From positions 94,736,001-94,800,000 of the forward strand of contig NC_042997.1 of NCBI RefSeq assembly GCF_006345805.1: a stretch of 64,000 nucleotides of DNA. The letters run 5' to 3'. The translations under genes and the position numbers were made by a program. This DNA is from Octopus sinensis. Taxonomy: Eukaryota. Below, in pieces: positions 24,215 to 37,872 of the stretch. Every line of letters starts with the position of its first letter. The first letter of the stretch is position 1. A model generated the notes under the pieces. The model did not search any database. It was given only the letters and a program-made list of their open reading frames with translations, and was not told the origin of the DNA.

Positions 24215-24470
24215 AAATCTGCATTGATTACTATATGTGGGCGCAGTTGGGCAAGAGACCAACAAAACTCTTTGTAACACCAAAGATGAACAGAAGGCAA
24301 GGATTCACTAACTTAAACAACGTGGCCGCCCAAAAAAGACGCTGGAGATTCCGAAGTCTTCTGAAGGTCTTGGTTGAAGCCAATCGTGATTTTATTAAAT
24401 TTACTCTTTAGTATTTCAAGATGTTTTTAATGTCATTTTGGTAAATATCTCTGTTAAAATCAGATGTCAG
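24215..24470 (+). mobile_element. Tc1/mariner (DD37D/maT-like) transposase C-terminal fragment and 3' flank
   Basis: Frameshifted LDYYMW.A..RETNK...NTKDE.KAR..FTNLN..RRFRSLLK.LVEANRDFI matches the 'PLDY..W..VE...RFR.RLEAVVEANG.FI' pattern of Tc1/mariner C-termini. Confidence 0.6.
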
Positions 24471-25211
24471 TGTCACAAGACTCTGGTCGGCCCTGAGGCA
24501 GTATATATATGTATGTGCGCGTACGTGTCTGTATATACACACATCACACTATGAACACATCAGCATGTTCCAATTTAATCATTCATTTTGTTATGGCGCA
24601 TTCGTATACGTGTATCAGATACTTTTGATATGTTTGGAATAAGCAAATTTGCAAACTCCTTTTTCTGCGTGCTTCATAACTATCTTAAACTTATTTGTAG
24701 TATATGGTGTGATATAGTACTGCACCCTAAAAAGAAAAGAAAAGAGATAAAAAAACACTACAGGGCTTATCTCTAGGCAAAATCTATAGCCTAAACATTG
24801 CTTAAATGCTACTGCCAGAATTTGACAGAGAGAATGTTAGAATATGGCGTTATCAAGTTGAACAAAATGACATTAATAGTAATTTGACATTTACAAAAAT
24901 ACATGTCATCTGTGACGTCTTCATTTGGTTGTGACATTTGTTGGCTGCTTGTGTGTTAATTGTAACCTTGCGTTCCAATATGAGTAATGATGCCACAAAC
25001 AATAGATTATCTCCGTGGGGAAATCTATAAATTCAATATTTTTCGTCAACGAATGTTTGTATAATATTTTTATGCGATGCAATATATTGCAGCTTCTCCT
25101 TTTTGTAGATGAAAATGATGAACGTGCAAAAGAATATTGTGATTGTCACGCTTATGTAAAGGTGATAGATGTATACAAGTATGTAGGTGAGTAGGTGTGT
25201 ATATATATATA

Positions 25212-25258
<47 letters not shown>

Positions 25259-25396
25259 TATGTGTGTGTGTGTGCGTATACGTGTGTGTGTGTGTGCGTG
25301 TGTGTGTGTTGATGAAAAGAGGAATATAGAACTAAAAATATATGTATATGTAATTTTTTTTATTTTTATTACTCCGTTACTTCTGCTAAATATATA

Positions 25397-25450
<54 letters not shown>

Positions 25451-25460
25451 TATATATATA

Positions 25461-26305
25461 CATGCATATATATATGTACAGGACGTCACCAACAGTTCAA
25501 ACAACATGAAATACGTAAACAACGAGGAAAGAGTGGAATGGAGGACAAGTAAACACAGAGAAAGGACCCTTCAACAGTTGTCGGCTGTCTATCTACTCCT
25601 CATTTCGATCATTCAGCGGCAACATGAGTCTTCAAAGTCAGTTATACCCATAAATTCTAAAATAAAATTTAGGATTTATGGCAGTTCAAAGCTGGGAACA
25701 AAAATATAACTGTGGAAAAATACAAGGAAACCGAACGAAAACAAACAGGAAGAGTCGTTAGACCAGAACGAGAAGAAAATAGTGATGACTGAGTATTATT
25801 TTTTAAAAAGAGAAAAGACAGAAGAGAGTGGAAAAATCGTCCGTCTTTTTGAATGTCCGTGTAGGAAAAGAAATATGGTTACGTGAGGAAAAGAAACATG
25901 GACGATGGTCACTCTTCATATGACCTTTACCTGCACGGTTGTTCAAAAGAGTTGACGTTTTTTCTCTCTCTTCTTTACTTACTTTTCTCTAAAAATGTTT
26001 CTCACAGCATTCACTATGTTCCTCTCGTCCTGGTCTAACGAACCTCCATGTTTGTTTTCGTTCGGTTTCCTTGTACGTCTCCAATGTCTTGCATTTGACC
26101 CTCTATAGATCCTAAACTTTATTTTAGAATCTATGGGAGCAAATGTCTTTGAAGACTCAAATTGTCGTCGAATGCTCGAAAAGAGTAGAAAGACTGATGA
26201 ATGGTACTCTCCTTGTATTTAGTTGTTCTGTTTTCCATTCTCCTCGTTGTTCACGTATTTCATCCTGTTTGAACCGTCAGTGCCGTCCTGTACTCATATA
26301 TGCAA
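25461..26305. mobile_element. Inverted-repeat (fold-back/MITE-like) element with ~330-bp diverged arms, embedded in TA microsatellite
   Basis: GTACAGGACGTCACCAACAGTTCAAACAACATGAAATACGTAAACAACGAGG (25476-) pairs with CCTCGTTGTTCACGTATTTCATCCTGTTTGAACCGTCAGTGCCGTCCTGTAC (-26293). Further paired blocks are GAGTCTTCAAAG/CTTTGAAGACTC and GGAAACCGAACGAAAACAAACA/TGTTTGTTTTCGTTCGGTTTCC. Confidence 0.85.
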
Positions 26306-26306
26306 G

Positions 26307-26442
<136 letters not shown>

Positions 26443-26481
26443 TTTAATATTTATTATTTAACCGAACGCCACAGATCCATT

Positions 26482-26549
<68 letters not shown>

Positions 26550-27652
26550 CTAGCAGGGATACCCGGCGTTGCTCGGGATTAAGATGAATATAGCTTGTAT
26601 ATAACATATTAGAGTTATGTTGAAACAGGTGATATGGGAAAGTGCAGCATTGACAAAAAACATTTGTGGAGGAAACGATGAGCTAATTTGACTACGCAAC
26701 ATGCTATGCATCCGTTTGGAGTATTTCGGACCTTAATTAGGGGTGAGGATTTTGTGATTTTTGAACGCACTGAAAAGCTGTCAGTAGATATACTCTCTTT
26801 TGCAACAGTCGGGGCAGTGCCTAACACGACCCATCATATGAAAGTTTGAGACCACCTTCCGGTTTGTTGTCCTACATCACTAATAAAGTAAATCTGGAGG
26901 AACTGTGGCTGTTCATTTGTGGGTAACAGGGAACCAATGAGGTGATAGACTTGCCCTTGAACGTTGATGTCGGCGTAAATTCATGTTTAACTATCTTCTA
27001 TGATGCAGTAAACGATGTAATTTGAAATGCAGAGTTGTCTGATATTGTTAAGAAAATGGATAGAAGTGCTTTGTAGAAGATCCATAAGAGGTTGAGAAGG
27101 AGCTGGTAGTATTGGCAATGTTATCTGACCACTTGAGCAGCACATACTTTTTGTTTCACTTGAAACATTTAAAGCTCTGCATAAACAACAATTTGTGTTT
27201 AGCACACAGATTTGGACAGAGTTATCATTTTGATAAGAATGGGATGGATCATTTCTGAAAACAGCTTCAGGAGTTGTGAAGAACGAATTTGTATTGGACC
27301 TCTGTCTAATCATTAAAACATTGATTTAATGATCTAGCATTAAATGTTGAAACATGCATTTGCTGATCTTGAGAAAATCTTATCTCGCTTCTCTCTTCAG
27401 ACTCCCACCTTCCGTTTTCTACAATCCTCCTTGTTTCTGGAGAGATTATGTCTTTTCTTTGGTGGCATATTTTTCTCAATATTGTAAACAGTACATTATG
27501 AACATAAAGAAATTATACACTAATCCCTATTTTTGTAAGCAGTTGCATGTATGTAGTATATTTTTATTTTAGTATGTAGTATAAATTAACCAAATAGAAG
27601 CACATGTATGAACTGCTAATTTAACGGTAAATGCCACAATAATTATTATAGA
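26550..27652 (-). mobile_element. Internally deleted Helitron (RepHel N-terminal relic + canonical 3' end)
   Basis: The minus-strand 3' end is CCCGAGCAACGCCGGG hairpin-TATCCCTG-CTAG|T. The coding relic at 26860-27320 reads CLCRALNVSSETKSMCCSSGQITLP..FLNNIRQ..SAFQITSF..PT.NVQGQVYHLIGSLLP..QFLQIYF, typical Helitron RepHel motifs. The candidate 5' end A|TCTATAATAAT at 27652 is less certain. Confidence 0.85.
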
Positions 27653-27949
27653 TACATTTCTTAACATATTCAAATAAATGTTAATTTCAGGGTAAATATG
27701 TAACTGTAAAAACATTGAAACCTTGCAACTGCTGCGATAATTATTAACTGGTAATTGAACGGTAAATGTGTGTTTTTATATACCTTCGAACTCATTGTTT
27801 TTTGTCAAGAGTTTCACTTCCAGCCGTTCGTTATGTCAGTCAACACATACACTGGCACCCCATTCTGTTGCGGTGGCCCATTTTTTGTTTCTTCTGCTCA
27901 TTCCGTAAAAAATCATTTGAAGAAAGCAGAAATTGAAAGTTTAGTTGGA

Positions 27950-28055
27950 CAGAGTCTATAGAAGATACTTGCCCTATGTGCCATGCAGTGAGACTGAACA
28001 CCAAAGCATATGGTTGCGAAGTATGCTTCTTACTACACAGTCATACTATATACAG
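27950..28055 (-). mobile_element. 5' head fragment of SINE family B
   Basis: TATAGAAGATACTTGCCCTATGTGCCATGCAGTGAGACTGAAC..ATGGTTGCGAAGTATGCTTCTTACTACACAGTCA is the reverse complement of a tRNA-derived head. The family assignment rests on recall of the consensus. Confidence 0.6.
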
Positions 28056-28340
28056 TGTAATGCGTATAATGCAGTAATAGTTGCACCATCTTTGCTTCCA
28101 TTTGCCGCCCCAGCATCACCTGTATAGTGAGGTAGGAAACAACTTAATGCGTAACACTTCTCTGCCAGTCCACAGCCACTTCTCTAAAACCACCCCGCTT
28201 CTGGTGTATAGTCACTTGGTGGGTTTTGGTCTACAGACAACGTGCAGTGCAGTGCTGCCTTGCAGATATTATCTGATTGACCTACCCTGACACGTATCAA
28301 TAACTTCTCTGTATGATACATAAATAGAATATTACTGCAA

Positions 28341-28620
28341 TTATAAAATATCTGGATAGAATAATTTAGTAAGACATGTACCTTGTCTGGCAGATTTGAT
28401 CATATTTGATCCCTTATTGAGTATACCGCTGATCAAAGTCATTAGGTACGTACTTGAATATATCATCTCTTTCGGGATATTTAGGAATATATTCTTCCTG
28501 TATTTAGCAATGAAATTTATTAGGGAAGACATAACTGCTACTTCTAGCGCAAGACGAGATATGTCATTAAGTCCCTCACTCCCAGCAGATGGAATATTAT
28601 TGAATTCAAAATAAAATACT
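28341..28620 (-). pseudogene. Possible highly degraded non-LTR RT fragment
   Basis: The ORF contains NIPKEMIY..KSARQGTCLTKLF, loosely like the LINE RT 'GIP.K.I..GVRQGC.LSP.LF'. The match is weak. Confidence 0.25.
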
Positions 28621-29399
28621 GCGTATAGAATAACATGTCGTGTACAGATGATGTTACATGGAATATTGAAAACAAAAAAAAAATAATTCAAAAGATGAAT
28701 ATTCAATACAAAACAATATACATATGTCTATTCCATTATATGTACGTTTAAATATTCGTAAGTGCAATAAAAGAGAAGGGATAAACATATATATATGAAT
28801 GCAGATTTCTGAATGAATTTACATATACTGTAATGTTCTATTCTTAATAATGCGGACTCTAACACATACACACATATATGTATACACGAAATTTTTATAT
28901 GAAAAATAAAAATATTCCCTGTTTCTTGGAATCGAAACTTTTCGTTTTCTCTTTGTCTCTGATTCTCTCCCTCTATTTCTCTTTCTCTTTCTCTCTCTCT
29001 CTCTGCACATCCCTCTCTCTGTATATATATTATTGCGTGTGTGTGTGTGTGTGCGCGCGTGTGTGTATGTGTGTGTGTACAGAAACATACATATATATTT
29101 ATACATTATATGATTAGGTCTATGTGATTGTGTTTCTGAGTAAGATTAGATGCATTTTTACGTGTGTTCGAAGTGTGTGTAGGTGTGGGGTGGGATTAGC
29201 GGGTGGCGGATGGATCCATGAAATTAAAGGCACTGCCGGATTAAACGTTTGCAAGCATTCCTGAATTGTTGCGTAAATTACACTATTTATAGTTTCAGCG
29301 AAATTTTTTCAATGTTGGACGCTAAGCTGTGTTCATAATAGCTTTCCCTTATTACTTTGTATTTATATTTCCCAAAGGAATAGCGAAAAAAATTTGCTA

Positions 29400-29499
29400 C
29401 ATAACCAGCTATATATCCATCTATAAATATATATATGTATATATATATACACACACACACACACATATATATATATTATATATATATATATATCTATAT

Positions 29500-29536
<37 letters not shown>

Positions 29537-29544
29537 GCATATAT

Positions 29545-29578
<34 letters not shown>

Positions 29579-29606
29579 GCATATAATATATATATATATA
29601 TTATGC

Positions 29607-29659
<53 letters not shown>

Positions 29660-29709
29660 TGCATATATATATATATATATGCATATATATATATATATAT
29701 ATATGCATA

Positions 29710-29740
<31 letters not shown>

Positions 29741-29777
29741 ATGCATATATATATGTATATATATATATATATATATA

Positions 29778-29851
<74 letters not shown>

Positions 29852-30080
29852 CACACACACACCACACACACACATATATATATGTGTGTGTGTGTAAATA
29901 TATATCTGTATCTATAAATCTCACTGTATGTATAACATACGCACGAACGAAAATTATATGCACACATACATCATTATATTTAAATACACACACACACACA
30001 TATATACATATTTACATATTTATATAAATACGTGTGCATATATATATAAATACATTGATATAAATATGTGTGTATATGTG
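29400..30080. repeat. Large compound (TA)n/(CA)n/TATGCA microsatellite
   Basis: Directly visible. It generates the I/Y-rich pseudo-ORFs. Confidence 0.97.
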
Positions 30081-30591
30081 TTTTTCTATGTATTTATGTA
30101 TATTTTCATTTTCGTAAACTGTCCATTTGTCTTATCATTTAAAATGACATTTCGATTTAGAAATGAAATATTATATAACTAAAAAATTTTAAGCTATTCA
30201 AATTGTGTAGTAGAAAATTCTTTCTCAATAGATGTACTTGAGAATGCCGGGAATAAATACACTTGCGAATTTATACATTTTTTTATGTGAAACCATTTAT
30301 TCCTTTATTTCTCCTGGAGTAATTTACATGTGGATAAGACCAATTCTCTAGCAGCAGGTTGTAATATACTTTATGTTCATATTCCAATGCTGTTGCAGTT
30401 TTTAATGGCGTATCTCTATTCAGTGTTTGCATTATTGTAAGTTTATTATTTTAAAATGTAAATGTTAAACGAGCAACTTCTTTATGAAATTCCCAGTGTC
30501 GGTTTCAAATTCAGTGACATTTATGTAGCAATAATACCCTTAATAATTTTATGAACTTTCCACTTTTTTCCTTTCTTTTGTCTTCTCTTTG

Positions 30592-30673
30592 TAGTAACAG
30601 CCATGTGATGATGGGGTAATTGTGTACTTTAATAGTAACAGCCATGTGATGATGGGGTAATTGTGATCTTTAA
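30592..30673 (+). repeat. 41-bp direct tandem duplication
   Basis: TAGTAACAGCCATGTGATGATGGGGTAATTGTG occurs at 30592 and again at 30633. Confidence 0.95.
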
Positions 30674-30682
30674 TAAGCACAA

Positions 30683-31113
30683 GGCGTCGAGTTGGCAGTA
30701 TTCTTAGCGCACCGGGAAAAACGCTTAGCAGCTCATCCGCCCTGATTTCAGGTTATGCCAAGGTCGACTTTGCATTTCAGCTTTCCGGAGTCGAGAACAA
30801 TTGAACACTGGGATCAAAGTAATTGACTTAGACCCCACCCCACTTCCCGAAACTGCTGTCCTTATCCCGAAATTTGAAACATATATAGAGACACATTGCA
30901 GCCGGTGAGCTGGAACAATCCTTACCGTGCCGGGAAAAATGCTGCTAAGCATCCTTTCCGACTTCACGTCCTGAGTTCAAAAGACGCCGAGTTCGACTTT
31001 GCCTTCCATACTTTCCGAGTCGATAAAATAAATACCAGTTGAACATTGAGGCTGATATAATCTTCTTATGCCCTCCTCCAAAACAGTTGGTATTATGCCA
31101 CAATTTGAAATCA
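30683..31113 (+). mobile_element. Two tandem SINE family A copies (~30683-30877 and ~30897-31113)
   Basis: Each has GCTGGCAG/GCTGGAAC heads, GTCGACTTTGC or TTCGACTTTGCC cores and AAATTTGAAA ends. Confidence 0.8.
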
Positions 31114-31594
31114 ATATACCGACGCATAAGTTACACCTATCTAACTGCTATACAGAGTTTGTTTATTGAAAAATGTAATAATATAAACATATTAATACTT
31201 CTAATCTGTTGGGCCAATGGTAGAACGACTGGCATGTTTACAGAGGAATTAGTTTCGTGTCCCACAGACAGCCTTCGAGATTTTCAATCCAATGTTTTTT
31301 TTTTATATACCCACTATTTACATACACTTCTATATGATTTTTTTCTGTTTCGGGAGCTACCGCACAAAAATAGAAGAATTATCTAGTGTTCTCACGTAGT
31401 TTCTCTCCAAAATCCTCTCATAATAACAACCCACTCTGAATACCAACATATTCAGACCCACACCACGAAGGAAGATTTTAGCCCAACAGAGGCTATATAA
31501 AGCCAAGATTAAACTTTTCAAATTGTCTGGCCGATACTTCGAAGTCACTCTCAGCAATACTATTTTGTATGAATAAAGTTGTATTCTACAAAAT

Positions 31595-32018
<424 letters not shown>

Positions 32019-32019
32019 C

Positions 32020-32050
<31 letters not shown>

Positions 32051-32168
32051 CATATACATACACACACACGTAGACACACATATAAATACTGTATATATAC
32101 TTATGTATGTATATGCGAATTAACTTGGTCATATATTAATTTTATTCTTTACTTGTACGTCTCTGTAC

Positions 32169-32217
32169 CTTGGTTGCCGGGGATGGATTAAGAAAACCGT
32201 CGAGCTGAGTGCACCTC
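32169..32217 (-). CDS. Candidate coding exon (49 nt)
   Basis: Acceptor TTATTTTCTCCCTCAG|G, donor AAG|GTACAG. Two frames are open (GALSSTVFLIHPRQP and RCTQLDGFLNPSPATK). It sits in a GC-richer island. Confidence 0.25.
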
Positions 32218-32583
32218 CTGAGGGAGAAAATAACGTCCACGAGATATTTGGCACGGACAATAATTCTGTCATTTTCCTTAATGGTATGTCATCTTTGTAA
32301 AGTTCTTTACTTTTGACGTTAACTCCTCTTCTCATTTACAACTTTGTCGATAACCATTTGAAAATTGTGTCGTGTGCTCGAACGTGAGAGAAAATTATAA
32401 TAAATTAAAGTATTATGTTGTATGACATTTGATATGCCAGTATTTGCCTATGTTGTTTATACACATGCTACTTGCTGTATCGAGTCATTTTCTCCAAACT
32501 CATATACTTTAAATACGTGTACATACACACATGTTTACTCCCCCACATATAAATATATACATTCATACACATCCTCTACCCCT

Positions 32584-32660
<77 letters not shown>

Positions 32661-33096
32661 GAAACATACACATTCATACATGAATGTGTAATTACTTTCG
32701 CGTGCCTTTCGCAGTATGAATTGACGTTCGGTTGAAGTCCATATTTCATATTTCGATTGATTACTAATGGGCAAACAGGATATGTGTAGGCATGTTATTT
32801 GGTTTGATTCATTAATTCATTCTCTATTCTTTAGTTAATATTTATTATTCATCACCAAAATTTGATACGCAAAGAGATATTATATAATGTTAAAAGCGGA
32901 ATCGTCATTACTTTAATACGGTAGGCGATGTCCTTCAGTTGTATAATCTAGTGAATACACTCTTGCACACACACAAATACACGTGCGCGCACGCACATAC
33001 ACACATAGATGCGTGTATATATATTATATATCTGGATCTATATAATTACATTCTATGTACACACACACATACACACATATATATATATATAGCTGT

Positions 33097-33159
<63 letters not shown>

Positions 33160-33184
33160 GTATCTATGTATCTGTATGTGTATC

Positions 33185-33239
33185 TGTCTATCTATCTAGC
33201 TATCAATCTATCTAGCTATCAAGGTATATATGTATGCGT

Positions 33240-33292
<53 letters not shown>

Positions 33293-33338
33293 GATCTAGC
33301 AATCTATCTATCTGTCTGTCTGTCTGTCTGTCTGTCTA
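33185..33338. repeat. (TATC)n/(TGTC)n tetranucleotide microsatellite
   Basis: Directly visible. Confidence 0.95.
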
Positions 33339-33499
33339 TTAGCGCCCATCTAACCCAGTAATCATCCACGAACTCCTTGCTTAAATAGCCACTACTTATT
33401 ATTATATGCGGATGCAGGGTGATGTCTGATAATTCATGGAGTACACAAAAATCTATGAGAATATTTAACAAATGGTGTTGTCTAAAATCTATTGATATA

Positions 33500-34353
33500 C
33501 GAGGTCTGATCCGGACTGTTGCTATAGTAACGAAGCTAAAGCACGGAAAGCGAAGTCGTTTGACAAAAGTTGACCTTTAACTCTGCTGTGCAATGCGCAC
33601 TAAGTTTTAACGTTCTAATTCACTTCCGCTGTTTACAGCAGTGCTTGGAAGGAAGACGTGTAGCGTCGCATTGACAAAGGCGATACCTGCTCAGAGGCCT
33701 ACGCAAAGTTGCAGAAAGTCTATGGAGAGGAGAGTATGAGCTGCACACCAGTGTACGAGTGGTTCAGACGTTTCCAAGATGGCCGAAAAAATATCGATAT
33801 TGATGAACGCTCTGTGAAACACGCAACCCACAGAACTGAGAAAAACATCGCAGATGTGCGTGCAGTTGTGAGAGGAAGTCGTTTAATTACCATCTATGAT
33901 TTATAAGAGTATGTGCAAATTACTTACAGTTCAGTTCAATTCTTCATCGCTGAAGATTTGGGTATGAGACGCGTGTCTGCCAAGTTTGTGCCAAATCTGC
34001 TTTTAGCAGACCAAAAAGACATTTGGGTTTCTGATGCACAAGGTCTCGTTGATTATGCCGAGAATGATGAAAGCTCTTTGAAAACTTTGCGTAAGCCACT
34101 CAGCAGGGGTCGCCAAGCTTTTGGCAAAATTTTATGCAGATTCACTACTCAACTGTCATGGTCAATACGACGATCACACGCTACACACCTTCCTTTCAAA
34201 CACTGCGGTAAACAGCGGATGTGAGCCATAACGTTAAGACTTAACGCTCGTGCTCAGCAGAATTCAAGGTCATTTTGTGCCAAGAGGCTTTACTTTGACT
34301 GCTTTAGCTTCGTTAATATGGCAACAGTCCGGATACATATTGACCAGACCACG
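33500..34353 (+). mobile_element. Mariner derivative with TA target duplication, built from two inverted 5' ends
   Basis: Termini are TA|CGAGGTCTGATC..CCGGACTGTTGC and GCAACAGTCCGGATACATATTGACCAGACCACG|TA. The plus strand encodes the mariner HTH region AYAKLQKVYGEESMS..VYEWFRRFQDGR..DERS..EDLGMRRVSAKFVP. The minus strand from the right end encodes MTVE..ICIKFCQKLGD...AYAK. Confidence 0.92.
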
Positions 34354-36339
34354 TACTATGTAGTACAGTATAACATATAAATATATAATTTATATACATT
34401 TAGGTACATACACATATACAAGCACACTCACACATACACACACAGACATATATGGCAGCCACAGTGCCTGGGTAATATCTGATTATCAAATAAGCCGGTG
34501 TATTGGAGTACAGATTTAAAGAACTAAAACTTGTATAATGGCATTACTAAATTATCTCGCTATGCATGAAAGAAGAGAGAGAGAAAGAGAGATAAAGATA
34601 TAGAAAAAGGGAGAAAGTGAAAGATAGATAATACTAATAATAGTGCATACTGAATAATATTGTATATACATATAAAATAATGCACCCATTGAATTTCTTT
34701 CCCTTATTAAATATATATCAAGTATGTGAACATAAAATAACAAGCTGACACAAAGCACAACATATATGAACTTTACTTCACTTATTAAATTATACAATAG
34801 AACTTATAATGTTGATATAATTAAGCTGTAGCGAACGACTTTTGTAAACGCTTTTCTATTGACCCTATTTATAAGCAACACATTTTTGTAACAAGTGTTT
34901 CTTTCGTTAGTCTGCGTCGAATTAATTAAATGGCTTTAAAACTGATATTACAGAAATTATTTCCACGTAATTTAATTTGCGTCTGCCCAAATGGTATTAA
35001 GCTTATAATCATTTTTGAGCGAAATCTGCGTTATATCGTGAAATATAAGTAATTTGCTTCTAATTAACTAAACAGTTAGTTAGTGTTTCTATACCTTCGT
35101 AAAATAGCGTATTGTGCAGTTCTTCAGAGTTACTTGGATCCTTAAAACGGATTCGAAGAAGATTGCTTATTATACTACCTTATCCTGGAACTGGCTGCTA
35201 AGCACGATACATGTGCAAAATGTGCTGCCAATCTGACTAAGAGAGATATAAAAGCAATTACCATAGAAAATATGTTGGAGATATAAAGAATCATGAGCAA
35301 CTAATCCGATGCCATGCCTCTCTAATCTTTTCAATATATTTTCATCAAATGTAGTTAATGTTAAAATGGACCCAAATATAGATAAGGAAACAGGTGAATA
35401 TCTAGAGGCTCCTTAGCACACATTTCAACTCTTACATTAGGCTTTAAACGGCAACTGCATTAGATTAACTTACTTCAGTTCAGGAGTGGTTTTCATCTTA
35501 AAGTGGAGTATATATGTAATACGAATTTTCTCAATTTCACTTTATTGAATCCTATGTCATCATTATAAATCACTCTCAGTGAATGTTTCATCAGTATCTT
35601 TGAATATATCTGTTCTTTTTTATTGCTATTGTTTTTATAATATTCATCGATATAATATGAATATGCATACTTTAGAAATCTTACAATTATGGTTATCGTC
35701 AAAAAAACATTTAGAAACTTATTTTCTTGTCGTTTTATAACTTTCTCTTATTTTTCTGCTTCAAATATCACATTTAAGTAACATTATCTCAATGGCGTTA
35801 TTAATGAGGCATTAAGCATCCCATACTATACCATTGTTGTGTCAAAATTAACAATAAACAAAGAGTGGAATTTTTTAATTGTAGGAATAGAATTCAGTAA
35901 CGTTCTCTTGAATATATTATTGCGGTGTAATAGCAGAACTTGATCAGCGATGACACTTTGACATGTTGATACAAGGCAAGATATTACCTGAAACGAATTA
36001 TGGCACTAAGTCATCAGCGTCAATATTCGCAAGTAAACTTTTTCTCTAAAACTTTACAGCACTTCCTTAAATGGTCTATGTTATTTAATAAGCTCAAAAC
36101 GCCAGCTTACGTGTGTCAAAATTTCAAGTATGCGTAGACACTGTATGTCTGATTCTATAATATGTAAATATGATGGGTTATCTTATGTGTGTGAAATAAA
36201 CGTTTCTAGTAAAAATATCTGATACATCTGTATTATGGAAGCTCACTTATTTTGCAAGCAAAAAAGTGATACATTTTTTTTAATCAAACCATCAAATATT
36301 TAATAGTATTCTCTAGTGGCGTCAATATCTGCCAATTAA

Positions 36340-37070
36340 GTGCCACCATTCGAAATATCTATGAATGTCATATTGTATTTTGAAGTCACTAAGCGAACCA
36401 TTCTAGAAAACCCGATGCACCGTGATGACCATATAATTGTAAAAGTACTTAATCTACAGATAAAAATCAATTCCAGAAGAACCTGAAAAACAAAGACAAG
36501 TAAAGGAAAATTAGCTTTTGTGAAACTGAAAATAGAAATTGAATTACTTGAACTAAGAGCATCAAGCAACGAACAAAGATATAAAACAATTCATAAATCA
36601 ATGCCTGTCAAACATATAAATATCTTTCGAAAAGTGTTCAGGGAAATAAAATTGTGGATCTGAAGAAATAAATTCCCTTTAACAATAAGAAAAATAAATG
36701 TTCAGTTTTTTCCCATAATCATGAAACTAAGTTCAAAACAGAATACTGTTCTGATAACCTTTTTTGCAGATAATTAGAATATAGCCCCTACAGAAAGAAT
36801 ATATACATTTAAAAGAGCACAACCACACAAAATCAGCCTCACTCTAGAAATATTGACATTTCACACGTTGGGACAAAATATACTGGAAAAACCCAAAGTA
36901 ATATATTTATCAAAGGAAACTTCATTTTCAACGACAAAAATCAACACTGTAATAAAAGGACTAAAATTTACCCCAACTTCATGCAGATCTAAACAGAATG
37001 AGATCAAAATCAATATTACGGAATTTTGCAGAGTTGCAACTTACAGAAACACTACTTCATTATAATAACG
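36340..37070 (+). mobile_element. Penelope-like element 5' (pre-RT) relic
   Basis: KVIYLSKETSFSTTKINTVIKGLKFTPTSCR..INITEFCR matches the PLE pre-RT motif 'V.NLS...L.KGLKF.PTP...EF.R'. Confidence 0.65.
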
Positions 37071-37535
37071 GCGATGAATCACTTGTTAATAACATAATCT
37101 ATTATCGGATACCTTTTGAGTATACATTCATAATTTCCCTTATAATACCTTACCCAAAAGAATTAGCTCTAACATTAGCACTACTGAATGAGAAAAATGG
37201 TAATTGAATTGCAAAATGAATTGAGATTTAAAGAGGTCTATAAAGGTAGCCGATGAACACAGAATAAGACATAGAAGTAGTACTATCCATGATAAAAAAT
37301 GATTCCTACTACAAACTGGTCGAAAAATTGAACAACGGGAAATAAGAAAGAAAATCCTTCAGCCTTACTTCCTTTATACGGAAAAGTTGTGACAGTCAAC
37401 GAAATCGATGAAGGCCCGCGTAGCCATAAGTCGCAGGGAATGGAATCAAACTGTTTTAAATAATACACGTAAGTCCTATTACATTTGAGTACCATGAGTA
37501 CATTTTTGTTTAGTTTGGCCATTCATCCTCTCTCA

Positions 37536-37622
<87 letters not shown>

Positions 37623-37872
37623 GTATGTATGTATATATATAATAATAAAATATTAGGGAATAAATCCAAACTTACAGGGAAAAATCAGATTTAGGATTAA
37701 ATCCAATTTTATAGTATAAATATATTATATTATATTATATTAAATTAGAGATAAAACCACTATTAGGCAAATCAAACAATGAAAAACATAAGCCAATACA
37801 TATAATTAATTAATTTATATTATTTTAAATATATATCAAAATCATTAAAAGTATAATAAAAGATAAGAGTAA

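Noticed and set aside
26549-26860. Plus-strand DINE/Helentron-type 5' end
   Set aside because: The minus-strand reading gives the canonical Helitron hairpin + CTAG|T 3' end, collinear with the minus-strand RepHel relic. That is the simpler interpretation.
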